Shown here piece by piece: positions 1-12,827 of a DNA stretch of 64,000 bases. A model generated the notes under the pieces. The model saw nothing but the letters and a program-made list of their open reading frames with translations. It was not told the origin of the DNA and did no database searches. Numbering within the stretch: the first letter of the stretch is position 1; each line of letters opens with the position of its first letter. A program made the position numbers and the translations under genes. Source of the DNA: Octopus bimaculoides (Eukaryota); the NCBI RefSeq assembly GCF_001194135.2, contig NC_068991.1, positions 54,030,264-54,094,263 of the forward strand, written 5' to 3'.

Positions 1-958
1 TCTGTCCAACTGTACAGATATTAGAGTGGGGGTGGGGTGGTAATGGTGGTGATGATGATGGTGCTGTTGCTGTTAGTGATGGTGGTGGTGGTGGCACTAG
101 TGAAGGCAATGATGACAAATAATGATGATTTTTATTACCAATCAAAAAAGGAAAAAAAAGAAAAACAATTACTGCTCCTAGAAGTTGTTTATAGGAGAAT
201 TACCTTTAAAATAAATTAATGCTTATTTCAAATGAAAAGTAATTATCTGAAATAACAACAAAATTAATTTACAAGGGTCAGAAGAGACGGCAAATCAGAC
301 ACAAATGCTTTGGGGTCATAGGACACTGAAAAACTTCTCGTTTGTATAAGATTTATTTAGGGTGACTCAGCCTAGTAAGACCCCATACCTTCTCAAGTTA
401 TATTCATAAAAGTTGACTTCAACATTACAAGCTAATGAAATGCTAAGTTTTATAATGTTCTCCCTGTACATGGAACTTAGTTGTCACTATGCTACTGCAC
501 CTACTTATAACTTAGACAGACCAAGCTATTTGAGAGTATTAAGTGTCTTGGCCATGCAGTAAAATACAGTCCTATGACAGCAGACAAACTGTTCACCTTG
601 AGGCTGACTGTCCAGTACACAGTATACTTAACTATCCTCTGTGTATTTTGACAAGACCTTTAGTTTCATTAATTCTGTGACATTCAGCTGGCTCTTTTTT
701 TATTCTATTTCTACAGTAAGCGCAGGAGTGACTGTGTGGTAAGTAGCTTGCTTACCAACTACATGGTTCTAGGTTCAGTCTCACTGCATGGCACCTTCCA
801 TCTACCAAATCCACTCACAAGGCTTTGGTTGGCCCAAGGCTATAGTAGAAGGCACTTGCCCAAGGTGCCACGCAGTGGGAATGAACCCGGAACCATGTGG
901 TTGGTAAGCAAGCTACTTACCACACAGCCACTCCTGCACCTATATATATATATATATA

Positions 959-1393
959 NNNNNNNNNNNNNNNNNNNNNNNNNNNNNNNNNNNNNNNNNN
1001 NNNNNNNNNNNNNNNNNNNNNNNNNNNNNNNNNNNNNNNNNNNNNNNNNNNNNNNNNNNNNNNNNNNNNNNNNNNNNNNNNNNNNNNNNNNNNNNNNNNN
1101 NNNNNNNNNNNNNNNNNNNNNNNNNNNNNNNNNNNNNNNNNNNNNNNNNNNNNNNNNNNNNNNNNNNNNNNNNNNNNNNNNNNNNNNNNNNNNNNNNNNN
1201 NNNNNNNNNNNNNNNNNNNNNNNNNNNNNNNNNNNNNNNNNNNNNNNNNNNNNNNNNNNNNNNNNNNNNNNNNNNNNNNNNNNNNNNNNNNNNNNNNNNN
1301 NNNNNNNNNNNNNNNNNNNNNNNNNNNNNNNNNNNNNNNNNNNNNNNNNNNNNNNNNNNNNNNNNNNNNNNNNNNNNNNNNNNNNNNNNNNNN
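959..1393. other. Assembly gap
   Basis: N-run. Others: 9019-9183, 10476-10915, 15517-15584, 25574-25673, 31003-31771, 37676-37685, 38863-39031, 50316-50415. Most abut microsatellites. Confidence 1.
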
Positions 1394-2099
1394 TCTGTAA
1401 GAGTGGTGAAATTGTTTTGTGCTGCCATTGCTAGTCAGCAGCAATGAGGAGGGGTGCTGAGAAGATATATTTGAGTCCATGAAAAATAGCTGATAAAAAT
1501 AGATTAGTAGATTAAGCTACACCCATTTTTGAAAAAGTCATTTAAGGTACAAGAATACCAAAGATCCTTATTTAGGCTTTGCTGTGTTTCAGATTTACTT
1601 GCTGTCCTATAAGCAGAGAAAAAAAACCCAGCAAACTTATTAAGAGTTGTAAGCAGCTTGTTAAATTAAGAAAAAAAAAATTATGAATTATAGGCACAGG
1701 TGTGAATGTGTGGCTAAGAAGTTTGCCTCCCAACCATGTGGTTTCAGGTTCAGTCCCACTGCATGGCACCTAGGGCAATTGCCTTCTGCTATAGCTTTTA
1801 GTTTTACCTAGTACTTTCTGTAATATTGAAATCTGAATTTAGTTTAACATTTGGCTTTATATTATTATTTTTTTCTTACAAAAAGTTTACTATATTTTTA
1901 ACATAATTATTTAATATTAAAAATTTTGGTTTTATTGTTAAATTTATTTTTTATTTTTCCAATCTGTGTTTTAATTTTTTTGAGATTTTATTAAATTGAG
2001 CAATAGCAGAACCTATTACATACTTTTTGCTTTATTTCCTATTTTTAAATATATCATATTCTTCCTCTTGCTAAAATTTTTAAATAGTTTTCAATGTAG

Positions 2100-2290
2100 C
2101 GAAAAGTGCTTTACAGTGGAATCCGGATGGATATAGAAAGAGGGGTAGGCCTAAGAACTTGTGGCGTAGATCAACACAAAAGGACGTTCATGGCAGAGTA
2201 TAAGTACAGAAGCGAAAAATTATGCGACATGGAATTCAATTATAAGTGGCCTATATTCCGCATTGGAGGGTTAAAGGCAAGAAAGAAGAA
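2100..2290 (+). mobile_element. RTE-clade LINE 3' fragment
   Basis: Manual translation gives KSALQWNPDGYRKRGRPKNLWRR, matching the typical RTE ORF C-terminal ALxWxPxGxRxRGRP motif. A stop follows soon after. Confidence 0.75.
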
Positions 2291-2460
2291 GTATTTATTA
2301 GTATGTTACTATAATGATTTGATAAAGTTTCAGCATATCTCTTGGTTTTTAAGAATCACATTATTTCATATATATGAAAACTATGGATCAAACTTGTTTA
2401 TAATCTATTAACTGAAAAAGCTGTTTGTCTTTACATGATAATAATATCTAAGCTTTATAC

Positions 2461-2811
2461 CAGTGGGACTTAACCTGAGTCTTGATGTAACAAAAAAAAT
2501 TACAAAATAAAGGCAAATGTTAAAGCTACTGTTCAAAATTAGTGGGAGTTTTAAGGGATATGTAGTGGGGTCAATAAATACAGAAAATGGTAAGCAGCAC
2601 TAAAATAGCAGAATAAGAAAACTAAAGGTATAAGGTGATACTTTTGCATTTTTTCATAAACTTCTCATTATTTCACCATGCTCTCGCTAAGAGAATAAAT
2701 ATAATTAGAGAAATTCCTGCTTTTTCTCAAGAGCTCACGCCCCTCCCCCCTTGGAAATTACTGATGCCCCCTAGAGGGAGGGGAGTATGCCCCCGAGGTT
2801 AAGAACCACTG
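2461..2811. mobile_element. hAT (Charlie-like) MITE
   Basis: Terminal inverted repeats cagtgggacttaacct / aggttaagaaccactg. Flanking 8-mers ctttatac and atctatac match at 6/8, consistent with a decayed 8-bp TSD. Confidence 0.75.
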
Positions 2812-3141
2812 ATCTATACACTGTGGATGCCCATTTCAACACTTTTATAGAGTAACATATGCAAGAAAGTCATGGGTGAGAAAGGGATTCCAGAGGGTTT
2901 CAGAACTAGGATTAAATGATTTATCATTTGTTTTTACTTGCTTCAGCCATTGAACTTTGACAATGCTGGAGCACCAGACACCAGTATTTGTTTTTTTTTT
3001 TAAAGTCTGGTACTTATTCTATCAGTCTCTCTCACCAAATTGCAAAGTTACATGGATATAAACAAATCATTACTGGTTGTTGACTAGTGGAGTGGAGGAC
3101 AAACATAGAGAAGCGTGTGCATACGCGCACACACACACACA

Positions 3142-3191
<50 letters not shown>

Positions 3192-4651
3192 CATATACAA
3201 TAGGCTTCTTTCAGTTTTTGTCAACTAAATTCATTCAAAATGCATTAATTGGCCCAGGGCTGTAGTAGAAGATACTTGCTTAAAGTGTTGCATAGCAGGA
3301 TAAATCCTGAAACCACATGGTCGCCAAACAGGTTTCATTACTACACAACCATATCAGCATTTTCAAAGAAGGCCAATAAATTTTCTATTGAACTCATTAA
3401 TAACATAGATACTTTTATTTTGACTAAGTAGGAAGACCTTACATTCAACTAAAAATGTTATGTCACTGGCTGGTGTTTGTATACTGCTGGTGAATGAAAA
3501 AGTGTTTTTAGGGCTGTGTGTAGAAGTAACTAACAGCATTCATTAACAATTAACAGAAGATTTTCTTACTGCACATAAGGTTTTCTGTGCTGGTCTTTTT
3601 ATTTATACTAACAGTGACAATTACACACAGGGAGAGACATACTGCTGGGGTCTATGACAATTTAACTGGTATAGCAATCTGTAGCTGGCCCATCACAACT
3701 GGAAAATAATTGAACTATATTCATGGTGACAAAATTTCTGTCTTCTATCTACCATTGGCTGGTGGAGAATGAGAATGGAGACATTGAACAGTTGTCTCAA
3801 CATTCTAGGATTACTGCCAAAAAAATACCTTTTATATAGGGCACAATGAGAAAGTTCTAGAAAGTCGAATTATGCAATGGCTTGATGCTGATTGGTCACT
3901 TAATAGGCCGATCATGTGAAACAACTGTGGTCTGACCGTGGTGTCTACTTGTTATCTAGTGATTCAATTTTGAATTCGCTACATAGACTTTAGTGTAACA
4001 CTAGAATTCCAAGAATACATATTATGTTATTGAGAATTGCTTTATATCTTATGCTACAAATAAATATACACTGATGTGGGAAACAAGTAATGACTCTTTC
4101 AGAACAGGGATCCTCTATGAGCTCTCTTGACCAGCTACAAAAAAGCAGTAAAACCACCTTCAAATAACACCTGTATCATCTTAAATATATTAAAATATAT
4201 TTTATCCTCCTCCTAATCATCATCATCATCATCATCATCATCATTTAGTATCCATTTTCTCTACTTAAATGGGTTGGACAGTTTGACAGGATCTAGCAAG
4301 CTACAGGGCTGCATCAAGCTCTTATATCAGCTTTGATGTGGTTTCTGTGGCTGGATGCCCTTCCTAATGCCAACCTCCATAAAGTGTGTATCAGGTGGGG
4401 GGTTTTTTTTTTCATGCCAGAAACACAGGTGAGTCACCGAGTAACTTGCAAGACATGAAAAGAAGATACAAAAAAGATGAGATGCTCTTAATTAAGATAT
4501 CTTTGGTCATGTCGGTTTGATCAGGGCTGACATAAAGCTAAACAACAACATGGATAGGAATTTATGTTTTGATACAAATATAGTTTTACGTTGGTGGTGA
4601 TAGTTGTGATGGTGATGATGGTGGTGATGGTGGTGGTGGTGGTGGTGGTGG

Positions 4652-4716
<65 letters not shown>

Positions 4717-5949
4717 GGGAGGTGGAGGAGGAGGAGGAGGAGGAGGTAGGCTCTAGTATCATTTTTTTATCATACATTCGATTCTGGGTAATCCAATATC
4801 AGAGTTCATGTAGATAATGTTACAACTCCCACTTCTATTGTCCATTATGAAGTATGCTTTTACTAGAGTTAATTTGAGTGGAGTTAACAGCTGCTCTTGT
4901 TGAAATAGTCTATTACAAATAAATATCTTATAGCTTTCAAATAACCAAGGGAAAAGAATGTCAAGTGTTTGAAGGTCATTTTGCAACCATGTGGCTTCAA
5001 GTTTAGTTCCTCAGCACAGCACCTGGGGCAAGTGTCTTCAACTATAGACTGGCACTCCATCAGTTATGACGACGAGGGATCCAGTTGATCTGATCAACGG
5101 AACAGCCTGCTCATGAAATTAACAGGCATGTGACTGAGCACTCAACTGAGAGAAATTTGTTTGGCAAAAGCCTCTAAGGTTGTGTTCCACCATTTCTACA
5201 GTCCATTGGCTGAAACAAGTGAAAGATACTCAGAGCAGACCTCAAAGAGAGCACAAATCAATGAAAAGGTCATGTATAATGACAAAAAAAACTGTGACTG
5301 GCAAACTACCAATTGATTGTTTAACCAGCACATTAAACAAACAAATTGATTAGTTGGCTGTTTTGATAAAAGATATGTTCTTCATTTCTTTGAATATTTT
5401 TATATCTCTTAGATACAGGATATATTATAGTAAAGTTATCTTCTCAAGTCATACTCTCTCATAAGGGCTGGTTTCCCAGCTTCCATAGCATAGATATTCC
5501 CCACCTGGATGGGACAGTGGTCTGTCATAGAATTACTCATTTTTCCCAGCTGAGCAGACTGAAGCAATGTGAAATGAAGTGTTTTGCTCAAGAATACAAC
5601 ACATCACCTGGACCAGGAATTGAAACCACAATCTTATGAGCATGAGTCCAACACCCTAACCAACAAGCCTTGTGCCCCCACAAAAGGAGATAAGATAGGA
5701 AAATTATTGTACTGATGATGGCTATTGAGTACAAAACATATGTCCTTTTTATCTCCAGACAATAAGCCTGTCCTTTTCCTTAACTGTATGTCAACTTTGG
5801 AGAATTCTTGATTCTTGAGATTGCCTTTCCTTTTCATATGGAACTGGTTTCATCTAGAACTGGTTTTAATTACCATTTTATAATTATGGGACAACCTCTT
5901 TCAATAAATCAAGAATTTGTACTCTATGGTATTTGATATACCTGTATTT

Positions 5950-6350
5950 GTCCACATTGTTTCAATGCCTGACACACAACTACCCAAAAGTTTGTTTTAG
6001 AGTGAAGGTAAATGCACACAAAGTGAGCAGAAAAAGCACTTCAAAGATCTGAAGTGCTTTCAGATCAACCCTGACACCTGTGGAATGCAAGCACAGGACC
6101 ATCCTGTCTGACATAGCTGCTCCAACAGAAGTGCCACCTCCTATGAACAGGATAGAATGACAGCAGCACAAAGAAAACACAAACTGCGCAAGTCCAGATC
6201 CAACTCCTTGCCTTAATTCCTAGCAGAACACCAGTGCCCAATCCATAGCAGAACCTACCAAGCATGCATCAGGCTGATCAGCTTTTACTGGATGCACTGT
6301 AACCCATCTTCTCCCATTTGGTGTCCTGGTCATCATCGACAATGACAGAT
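5950..6350 (+). mobile_element. RTE (BovB-like) LINE 3' end, decayed
   Basis: One frame reads HIVSMPDTQLPKSLF*...KKHFKDLKCFQINPDT...QRKHKLRKSRSN...EHQCPIHSRTYQACIRLISF, with in-frame stops. This resembles the RTE C-terminus with its terminal zinc-finger-like motif. Confidence 0.8.
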
Positions 6351-6559
6351 GAACATTATTTGTCCACATAAATTTTTAATGATATATTTTTACTACTTCT
6401 ACTTGACAGAGTCATCAGAATGTTAATCAAAATGCCTCTGGTCATTAGTTCTGGTCTTTTACAGAATAAATTCAAATCTTACCAAGATCCTCCCTGCCGC
6501 TCAACCATCCAAGGTCAGTAAAATAAAGTGAATTAATATTCCTATAAAGTTTGTTTCTC

Positions 6560-6925
6560 TGTACATTCTGAGTTCAAATTCCACTGAGGGTGACTTTGCC
6601 TTTCATCCTTTCAGGGTCGATAAAATAAGTACCAGTTGAACACTGGAGTCAATGTAATCAACTTACTCCCTACCCTGGAATTGTTGGCCTTGTGCCAAAA
6701 TTTGAAACCAGTATTCCTATAAAATAAAGGCAGTGAGGTGGCAGAATCATTAACATACTGAGCAAAATGCTTAGAGGCATTTTGTCCATCTTAACATTCT
6801 GAGTTCAAATTCTGTCATGGTTGACTTTGCCTTTCCTTCTTTCAGGGTTAATAAAATAAGGACTATTTGAACACTGGGTTCAATGCAATCGACTTACTAG
6901 CCCTATGCCAAAATTTGAAATCTAT
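6560..6925 (+). mobile_element. Two tandem copies of SINE family B
   Basis: Both share the core ttctgagttcaaatt...gactttgcctttcatcctttc with copies at 33054-33275, 49069-49282, 57733-57950 and 58321-58505 (+) and 16205-16420, 29050-29245, 37905-38075, 44880-45075 and 57140-57335 (-). Confidence 0.75.
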
Positions 6926-8663
6926 ATTCCTATAACGTAGGAGTTCCCAAATTGGTGTGAATTTACCCGCAGAATCTCAATTTCACCCACCCTGTGTCTC
7001 AGTTTGCGAATTCTGGATTAAAATTTAATTTTTAACGACAATTGTAAAAAATCTGAAGTTAAAAATAAAATTTGAAATTAGCCTATTTTTTTGAAAAAAC
7101 ACCAAATATTTTTTTTTCCTTCTACCATACTGGATTCAGCAGTCTCTCTTGTATACATGCTAATTAATGTGTTGTTAATGAAGTAATCTAATTAAGAAGA
7201 CTACGCTTGGTTCTGCTTTCAGTTCACCAATTAGTTCTTAAGTGAAATAACTATATCTTTAGTGTTCACTTGTTTCAGTCACTGGAATGTGGCCATGCTG
7301 GGGCACCACATTGAAGTGTTTGGTCAAACAAATTGGTGCTGGTACTTATCGTTTTTTTTTGTTTTTGTTTTTTTTCAAAGTCTGGTACTTATCTCTTTTG
7401 CTGTACTGCCAAGCTACGGGCCATAAACAAACCAGCACCAGCTGTCATACAGTGGTGGGGACAAACACAAACACAAGACGCGCGCGCGCGCGCATACGCA
7501 CACACACACACACACACACACAACTACCACCGCCGCCGCCTGACAACTGGAGTTGGTGTGTTTACGTCCCCATAAATATAGTGGTTCAGCAACAGCGACC
7601 GATAGAATAAGTACAAGACTTAAAACATAAATAAATAAATAAATAAATAAATAAATAGTTGGGGCAATTCATTTGACGAAAAATACTGATCAACATTCTG
7701 TCCAGCCTGCAAATGATTCTGCCAGCACGTCGCCTTTTTTTGCACTTCAGATATAAATGTCTAAAAATTATTTTTAATTTCTTTTGTCAGTTGCTTACTA
7801 TATAGTAGATGTATAAATGTATAAACTGCAATGACTGAATTGGGGTGAGTTTACTTTCAAAAAGTTGCCAAGGAATAAATGGTAGGAAAACGGTATAAAG
7901 TGTCCAAATATATGAAGAGATTTATAACAGGGAAATAAGCCACTCTTCTACTAACGTTGTTCAAATTAATTTGTTTATAGATATTAATTTATTGCTGTTT
8001 GTTTCCTGACATGTTTCCTTAGCTTTTCCTGAGATGATTCTCTCCCTTGCACTGTGCCATTTAGTCAACAGCAATACGCGAGATAGTTTTAAAAATTGAC
8101 GAATGTCATGCTTTGGGATCAAATTCGGTTTATGAGTACCTGGTAAAACTAAGGATACTCACGAGTCAGCGAGGAAGTCTCTTTGTGATTACTAAAATTG
8201 CTAGAAGTAGCGGCTGGATCGCTCTCAATTCACTTCTTTTCATGTTTAAAAGGAAAGATACAATGATGGATGTATTTATTAATTAATACAGCTGTATTAC
8301 CTTTCAAAATAATGAAATAATTTATCCCCGCTCAAACGTGGATATTCTATCAGAACAAATTTTACTGTTCTAACAGAACGTCCTCTGTGTATTTGCCTCT
8401 GCCGTCAATATACATGAAGGATAAGTACTTCTAAGTACTGATTCTGCAAGAAATAATAGCTAAATCTTCCTCAAATCATATTCTACTGTCTTAAAAGAGA
8501 TGTGTAAATTTGATTACATAGTCCTACATACATTATGTCTGAGTAAAAATATAGAATGACAATGGCTAAAATACTTTTCTTTGTAGGTTTTCCCCTTTCC
8601 ACCATTCAGGACTGACCTGGGTCAAAATAAAAACAACAGGAAATCTTAGCATTTGCATCTGTA

Positions 8664-8789
8664 TAGTTGGGGATGCCTGAGAGATCTCTGAGAGATTTAG
8701 AAATGTATTATTTCTATTTTTGAAATTAGTGAATGTGTTTCACTAGAATTTTTATATGTTTACGAGAGCTTGACAGGCATCCCCGACTA
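8664..8789. repeat. Inverted repeat / possible TA-flanked MITE (16-bp arms)
   Basis: tagttggggatgcctg (8664-8679) versus caggcatccccgacta (8774-8789): 15/16 complementary. There is also an internal hairpin aattagtgaa...ttcactag. Confidence 0.6.
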
Positions 8790-8804
8790 GCAGGCCATTG
8801 CTAC

Positions 8805-8847
8805 TCCAGACTGATGACAAGCAAAGGCTCAGAAACATGTCTCTGGA
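8805..8847 (+). ncRNA. Minimal type I hammerhead ribozyme motif
   Basis: tccaga-CTGATGA-ca.agc.aaag.gct.ca-GAA-ACATGT-C-tctgga: perfect 6-bp stem I, intact core, palindromic stem III and a GUC cleavage triplet. Stem II has 3 bp plus two basal mismatches. Confidence 0.7.
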
Positions 8848-9238
8848 TGCAGGCTTAGCTAAGTGGAGGTGCTTGTCTCCTCCATGTAAGCATAAGGACA
8901 CAGGAAATGTGTCAAGGCCGACAGGAAGCGGTGCTGCTTCTTAGGGCTAAATAGCAATAGTATTATTCCCTTCATGGGACTGTCACATTAAGTTGACAGC
9001 ATACAACTACTTTATATANNNNNNNNNNNNNNNNNNNNNNNNNNNNNNNNNNNNNNNNNNNNNNNNNNNNNNNNNNNNNNNNNNNNNNNNNNNNNNNNNN
9101 NNNNNNNNNNNNNNNNNNNNNNNNNNNNNNNNNNNNNNNNNNNNNNNNNNNNNNNNNNNNNNNNNNNNNNNNNNNNNNNNNNNAAAACCATTTATCATCA
9201 TAAATATACAGGGATTAGCAACTCAATGCTAATCCCTG

Positions 9239-9277
<39 letters not shown>

Positions 9278-9946
9278 ACGGGCTTCTTTCAAATCCACTC
9301 ACAAGGCTTTGGTTAGCCCAAGGTTATTGTAGAAAGATATATATATATACATATATAAGACAGGCTTCTTTCAGTTTCCAGCTAACAAATTCACCCACAA
9401 GGTTTTATTCAGCCTGAGGCTATAGAAGAACACACATGCCCAAGGTGACATGCAGTGGCACTGAACCAGGGTCCATGTGGTTGGGAAGCAAGCTTCTTAC
9501 CACAGCGCACATGTACTTATGAGAAGCTTCTTGTTACAATTTTTTTCCTGAGCATCATCAAGTTACCTTCACTTAAAATATCTGAATGCCATGAAACACC
9601 ACCATATTGTCCTACACTTAAAATATCTTCAACTTACTTCAGAGAGCTCTAGCACTTTTACAAATATTTGGAGCAACTTGGAATTTTATCCATTCCACAA
9701 AGAAGTATCAGACACTAGAAAAATAGTGACAATTGTCAAAGCAATAAAGGAATTTTAATAGTGTAGCATCCAGTGTTTTCATTGCTATTTTATCTATGAA
9801 CATTGGTTTATACAGATTCTAGAAAAGCTGGTTTTGGTTTCCTCAATCCAAGCATGGTTGTGTGTTTCAGGCACTTGTTTCCCAACTATGTAGTCTTGGG
9901 TTCAGTTCCATTGCACAACACCATGGGTAAGTGTCTTCAACTATAG

Positions 9947-10204
9947 CAGTGCTTCTCGACCATTTCTTACCCATTGATCTCTTTGGTTCCTATTTTATTA
10001 GGGTGGATCCCTATAACCAATGGATGTTTAAAAAATCCTATATATTTTTATAATTCAATATTATTAGGAATTGTATAAAAAAAACAATTGTTAAAATATT
10101 TGGTGTCTTGTAGAAGTGTAATTAGTTTATTGCAGATAAATTTTAACAACAAAATCTCATACAGACCCTCTAGAGTCATTATGGCACCCTGTTGAGAACC
10201 ACTG
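9947..10204. mobile_element. hAT MITE nested in a family A SINE
   Basis: Termini cagtgcttctcgac / gttgagaaccactg. The SINE sequence resumes on both sides. Degenerate 8-bp TSD aactatag / aattacaa. Confidence 0.75.
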
Positions 10205-10915
10205 AATTACAACCTTGTGCCAACCAAAGACTCGCGAGTGGATTTGGTATCAGTTATTTCACTGCGGCCGTGCTGGAGCACCGCCTTTAGTCGAGCAAAT
10301 TGACCCCAGGACTTATTCTTTGGAAGCCTAGTATTTATTCTATCAGTCTTTTGCCGGACCGCTAAGTTACGAGGATGTAAACACACCACCATCAGTTGTC
10401 AAGCGATGTTGGGGAGACAAACACAGACACACAAACATATACACACAAAAACGACAGGCTTCTTTCAGTTTCCGTNNNNNNNNNNNNNNNNNNNNNNNNN
10501 NNNNNNNNNNNNNNNNNNNNNNNNNNNNNNNNNNNNNNNNNNNNNNNNNNNNNNNNNNNNNNNNNNNNNNNNNNNNNNNNNNNNNNNNNNNNNNNNNNNN
10601 NNNNNNNNNNNNNNNNNNNNNNNNNNNNNNNNNNNNNNNNNNNNNNNNNNNNNNNNNNNNNNNNNNNNNNNNNNNNNNNNNNNNNNNNNNNNNNNNNNNN
10701 NNNNNNNNNNNNNNNNNNNNNNNNNNNNNNNNNNNNNNNNNNNNNNNNNNNNNNNNNNNNNNNNNNNNNNNNNNNNNNNNNNNNNNNNNNNNNNNNNNNN
10801 NNNNNNNNNNNNNNNNNNNNNNNNNNNNNNNNNNNNNNNNNNNNNNNNNNNNNNNNNNNNNNNNNNNNNNNNNNNNNNNNNNNNNNNNNNNNNNNNNNNN
10901 NNNNNNNNNNNNNNN

Positions 10916-10948
<33 letters not shown>

Positions 10949-11329
10949 TCTTAGTTTTCTGTATATTTTGTACTCTATGTAAATTTATTCTGTAAATATA
11001 TAAATATTTATATGCTTATACATGAATATTTTTAGTTTTATTTCTCTCTATATATATCCCTGTATATATTTATATGTATATATTTAAGTATATTTTATAT
11101 ATCAAGCCCAAGCATGTTTATTTGCATCATCATCTCCATATCTGAATTCCTCATCTGGATTCCTTTTATAGCCACTGTTTACCCCATGGGCTTAGTCCTT
11201 AGTAAAGATTTTAGAAATGTAAGTTCAAATCATTTGAGCACTACTCAGTATTTTCTGTACTGAGCATCTCTGCACCTCATTTGTTGACTCTCTCTATATA
11301 TATTATAATGTTACATTGTATATATGTGT

Positions 11330-11890
11330 GTCATCATCATCATTTAACATCCATTTTCCATGCTGGCATGGGTTGGATGGCTTGACAGGAGCTGACCAGC
11401 TGGAGAGCTGTCCAATCAGGGAGCTGTCCAGTCAGGGAGCTGTCCAGTCAGGGAGCTGTCCAGTCAGAGAGCTGTCCAGCTGCAATTGTTTGGTGTAGCA
11501 TGGCTTCTATGGTTGGATGCCCTTCCAAATGCCAACCACTTTACTAGGTTCTTTTTATGTGCCACTAGCAGCACCAGTGCAAGTGCATTTTATGTGGTGC
11601 TGGATGCTTTGTTCGTGGCACTGTAGTACCAGCACAAGAACATTTTATGTGACATCAGCACCTGTAAAGGAAAAGCCTGTATGTATTGATGACAGCAATT
11701 TTACTTAGCTTGACAAATCTCATGTACAGCAAATCACCACAAATCTTGGTCCCTTGCCATTTCCTCAATGAGACCCAGCGTCTGAAGATCCTTTCTCACC
11801 ACTTCATCTCACATGTTCCTGGGTCTACCCCTTCCACAGGTTCCCTCCACAGTTAGAGCTCAGCACTTCTTTATGCAGTTGTCCTCATGT
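11330..11890 (-). mobile_element. RTE LINE 3' end with 3' UTR and (GAT)n tail (family C)
   Basis: 11752-11888 encodes VEGTCGRGRPR on the minus strand. The UTR signature tttccatgctggcatgggttgga recurs at ~4215, 13700, 26310, 27410, 32540, 49920, 51710, 60350, 61995 and 63350. A 16-bp tandem unit gctgtccagtcaggga lies at ~11407-11480. Confidence 0.75.
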
Positions 11891-12827
11891 GTGTATACAC
11901 ACACACTCACACACACACACATGTCAGCAAAGAATTGACTATATATAATTGTTCTTTCATTACATGAAATTTTATTGGCAGTGACTCAATGATTGAATAA
12001 ATAAATGAAAAAATGCGTGTTATTTCTTGCAACATTCTATAGTGAATGCTTTCCATATCTAAATACCATATTTACACACACATAAACACACACACATAAT
12101 TGTGTCAAGAATGTAGCTTCCCTGTTAGGTAAATACTAATTTTGCTGTTCCCAATGTTGTTTTGTATCACAATTCATTGTTTGTATGAAACTAAATATTA
12201 TTCATTTGTAACAATAGCTCCCTCGCAAATTTATCCTTGAAAAGTATTTTGCTGTCATTGTTCAGATTTAGCTGATATTTCTAACACATCACTCTTTGTA
12301 CAAAGAGAATTTGATATCAAGTAGTCTTTAAATTTATTCTAACAAGCACACTTGAGACATAAAGATAATACCAGCATTATCTTCCAGTCTGGAAGAGCGA
12401 ATATATAAATCCCATAAAATGATAGCTAAGAAAAAAACCTATGTACTTTAAACGTCTTTTATTCTGTTTTTCTATTAACTACTGAGGAGTACAAGTACGA
12501 CTATTATGATTTTCTATTTCTGAATATCTGAGTCCATTTGTATGAAACAATTGTGTAGCAATATGAAAAATAAAAACTATAATCTATTTTAACATCTAAT
12601 CTTCATTATATAAATATGAATGAATTTGTTGAACTTTGTTTAATAAATTTATTTCAATACAAGCTTTCATACCTATACAAATTTTTTATTAAAAATATTC
12701 AAAAGCAAAGTATGAAGAAAAGACATTAGAAATCTCAGGAAAAAATTCCAATTAAAAGACAGATATACATTCATTCGATAAAATATATACAAAATATGTA
12801 TAATATATAACTATATATATATATATA

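Noticed and set aside
736-1480. Long ORFs spanning N-runs (also 10396-10995, 30715-32117, 38839-39162, 50081-50822)
   Set aside because: They are open only because N codons contain no stops; the flanks are SINE and microsatellite sequence.
4586-4777. Poly-Ser/Pro, poly-His and HT/YI-repeat ORFs (also 27339-27632, 3077-3265)
   Set aside because: They are translations of simple repeats with no splice or homology support.
5712-5746. Further hammerhead-like strings (5712, minus strand ~49780-49845, ~56670-56705, 57493)
   Set aside because: Stem I cannot be formed adjacent to the core, or the core is too degenerate to call.
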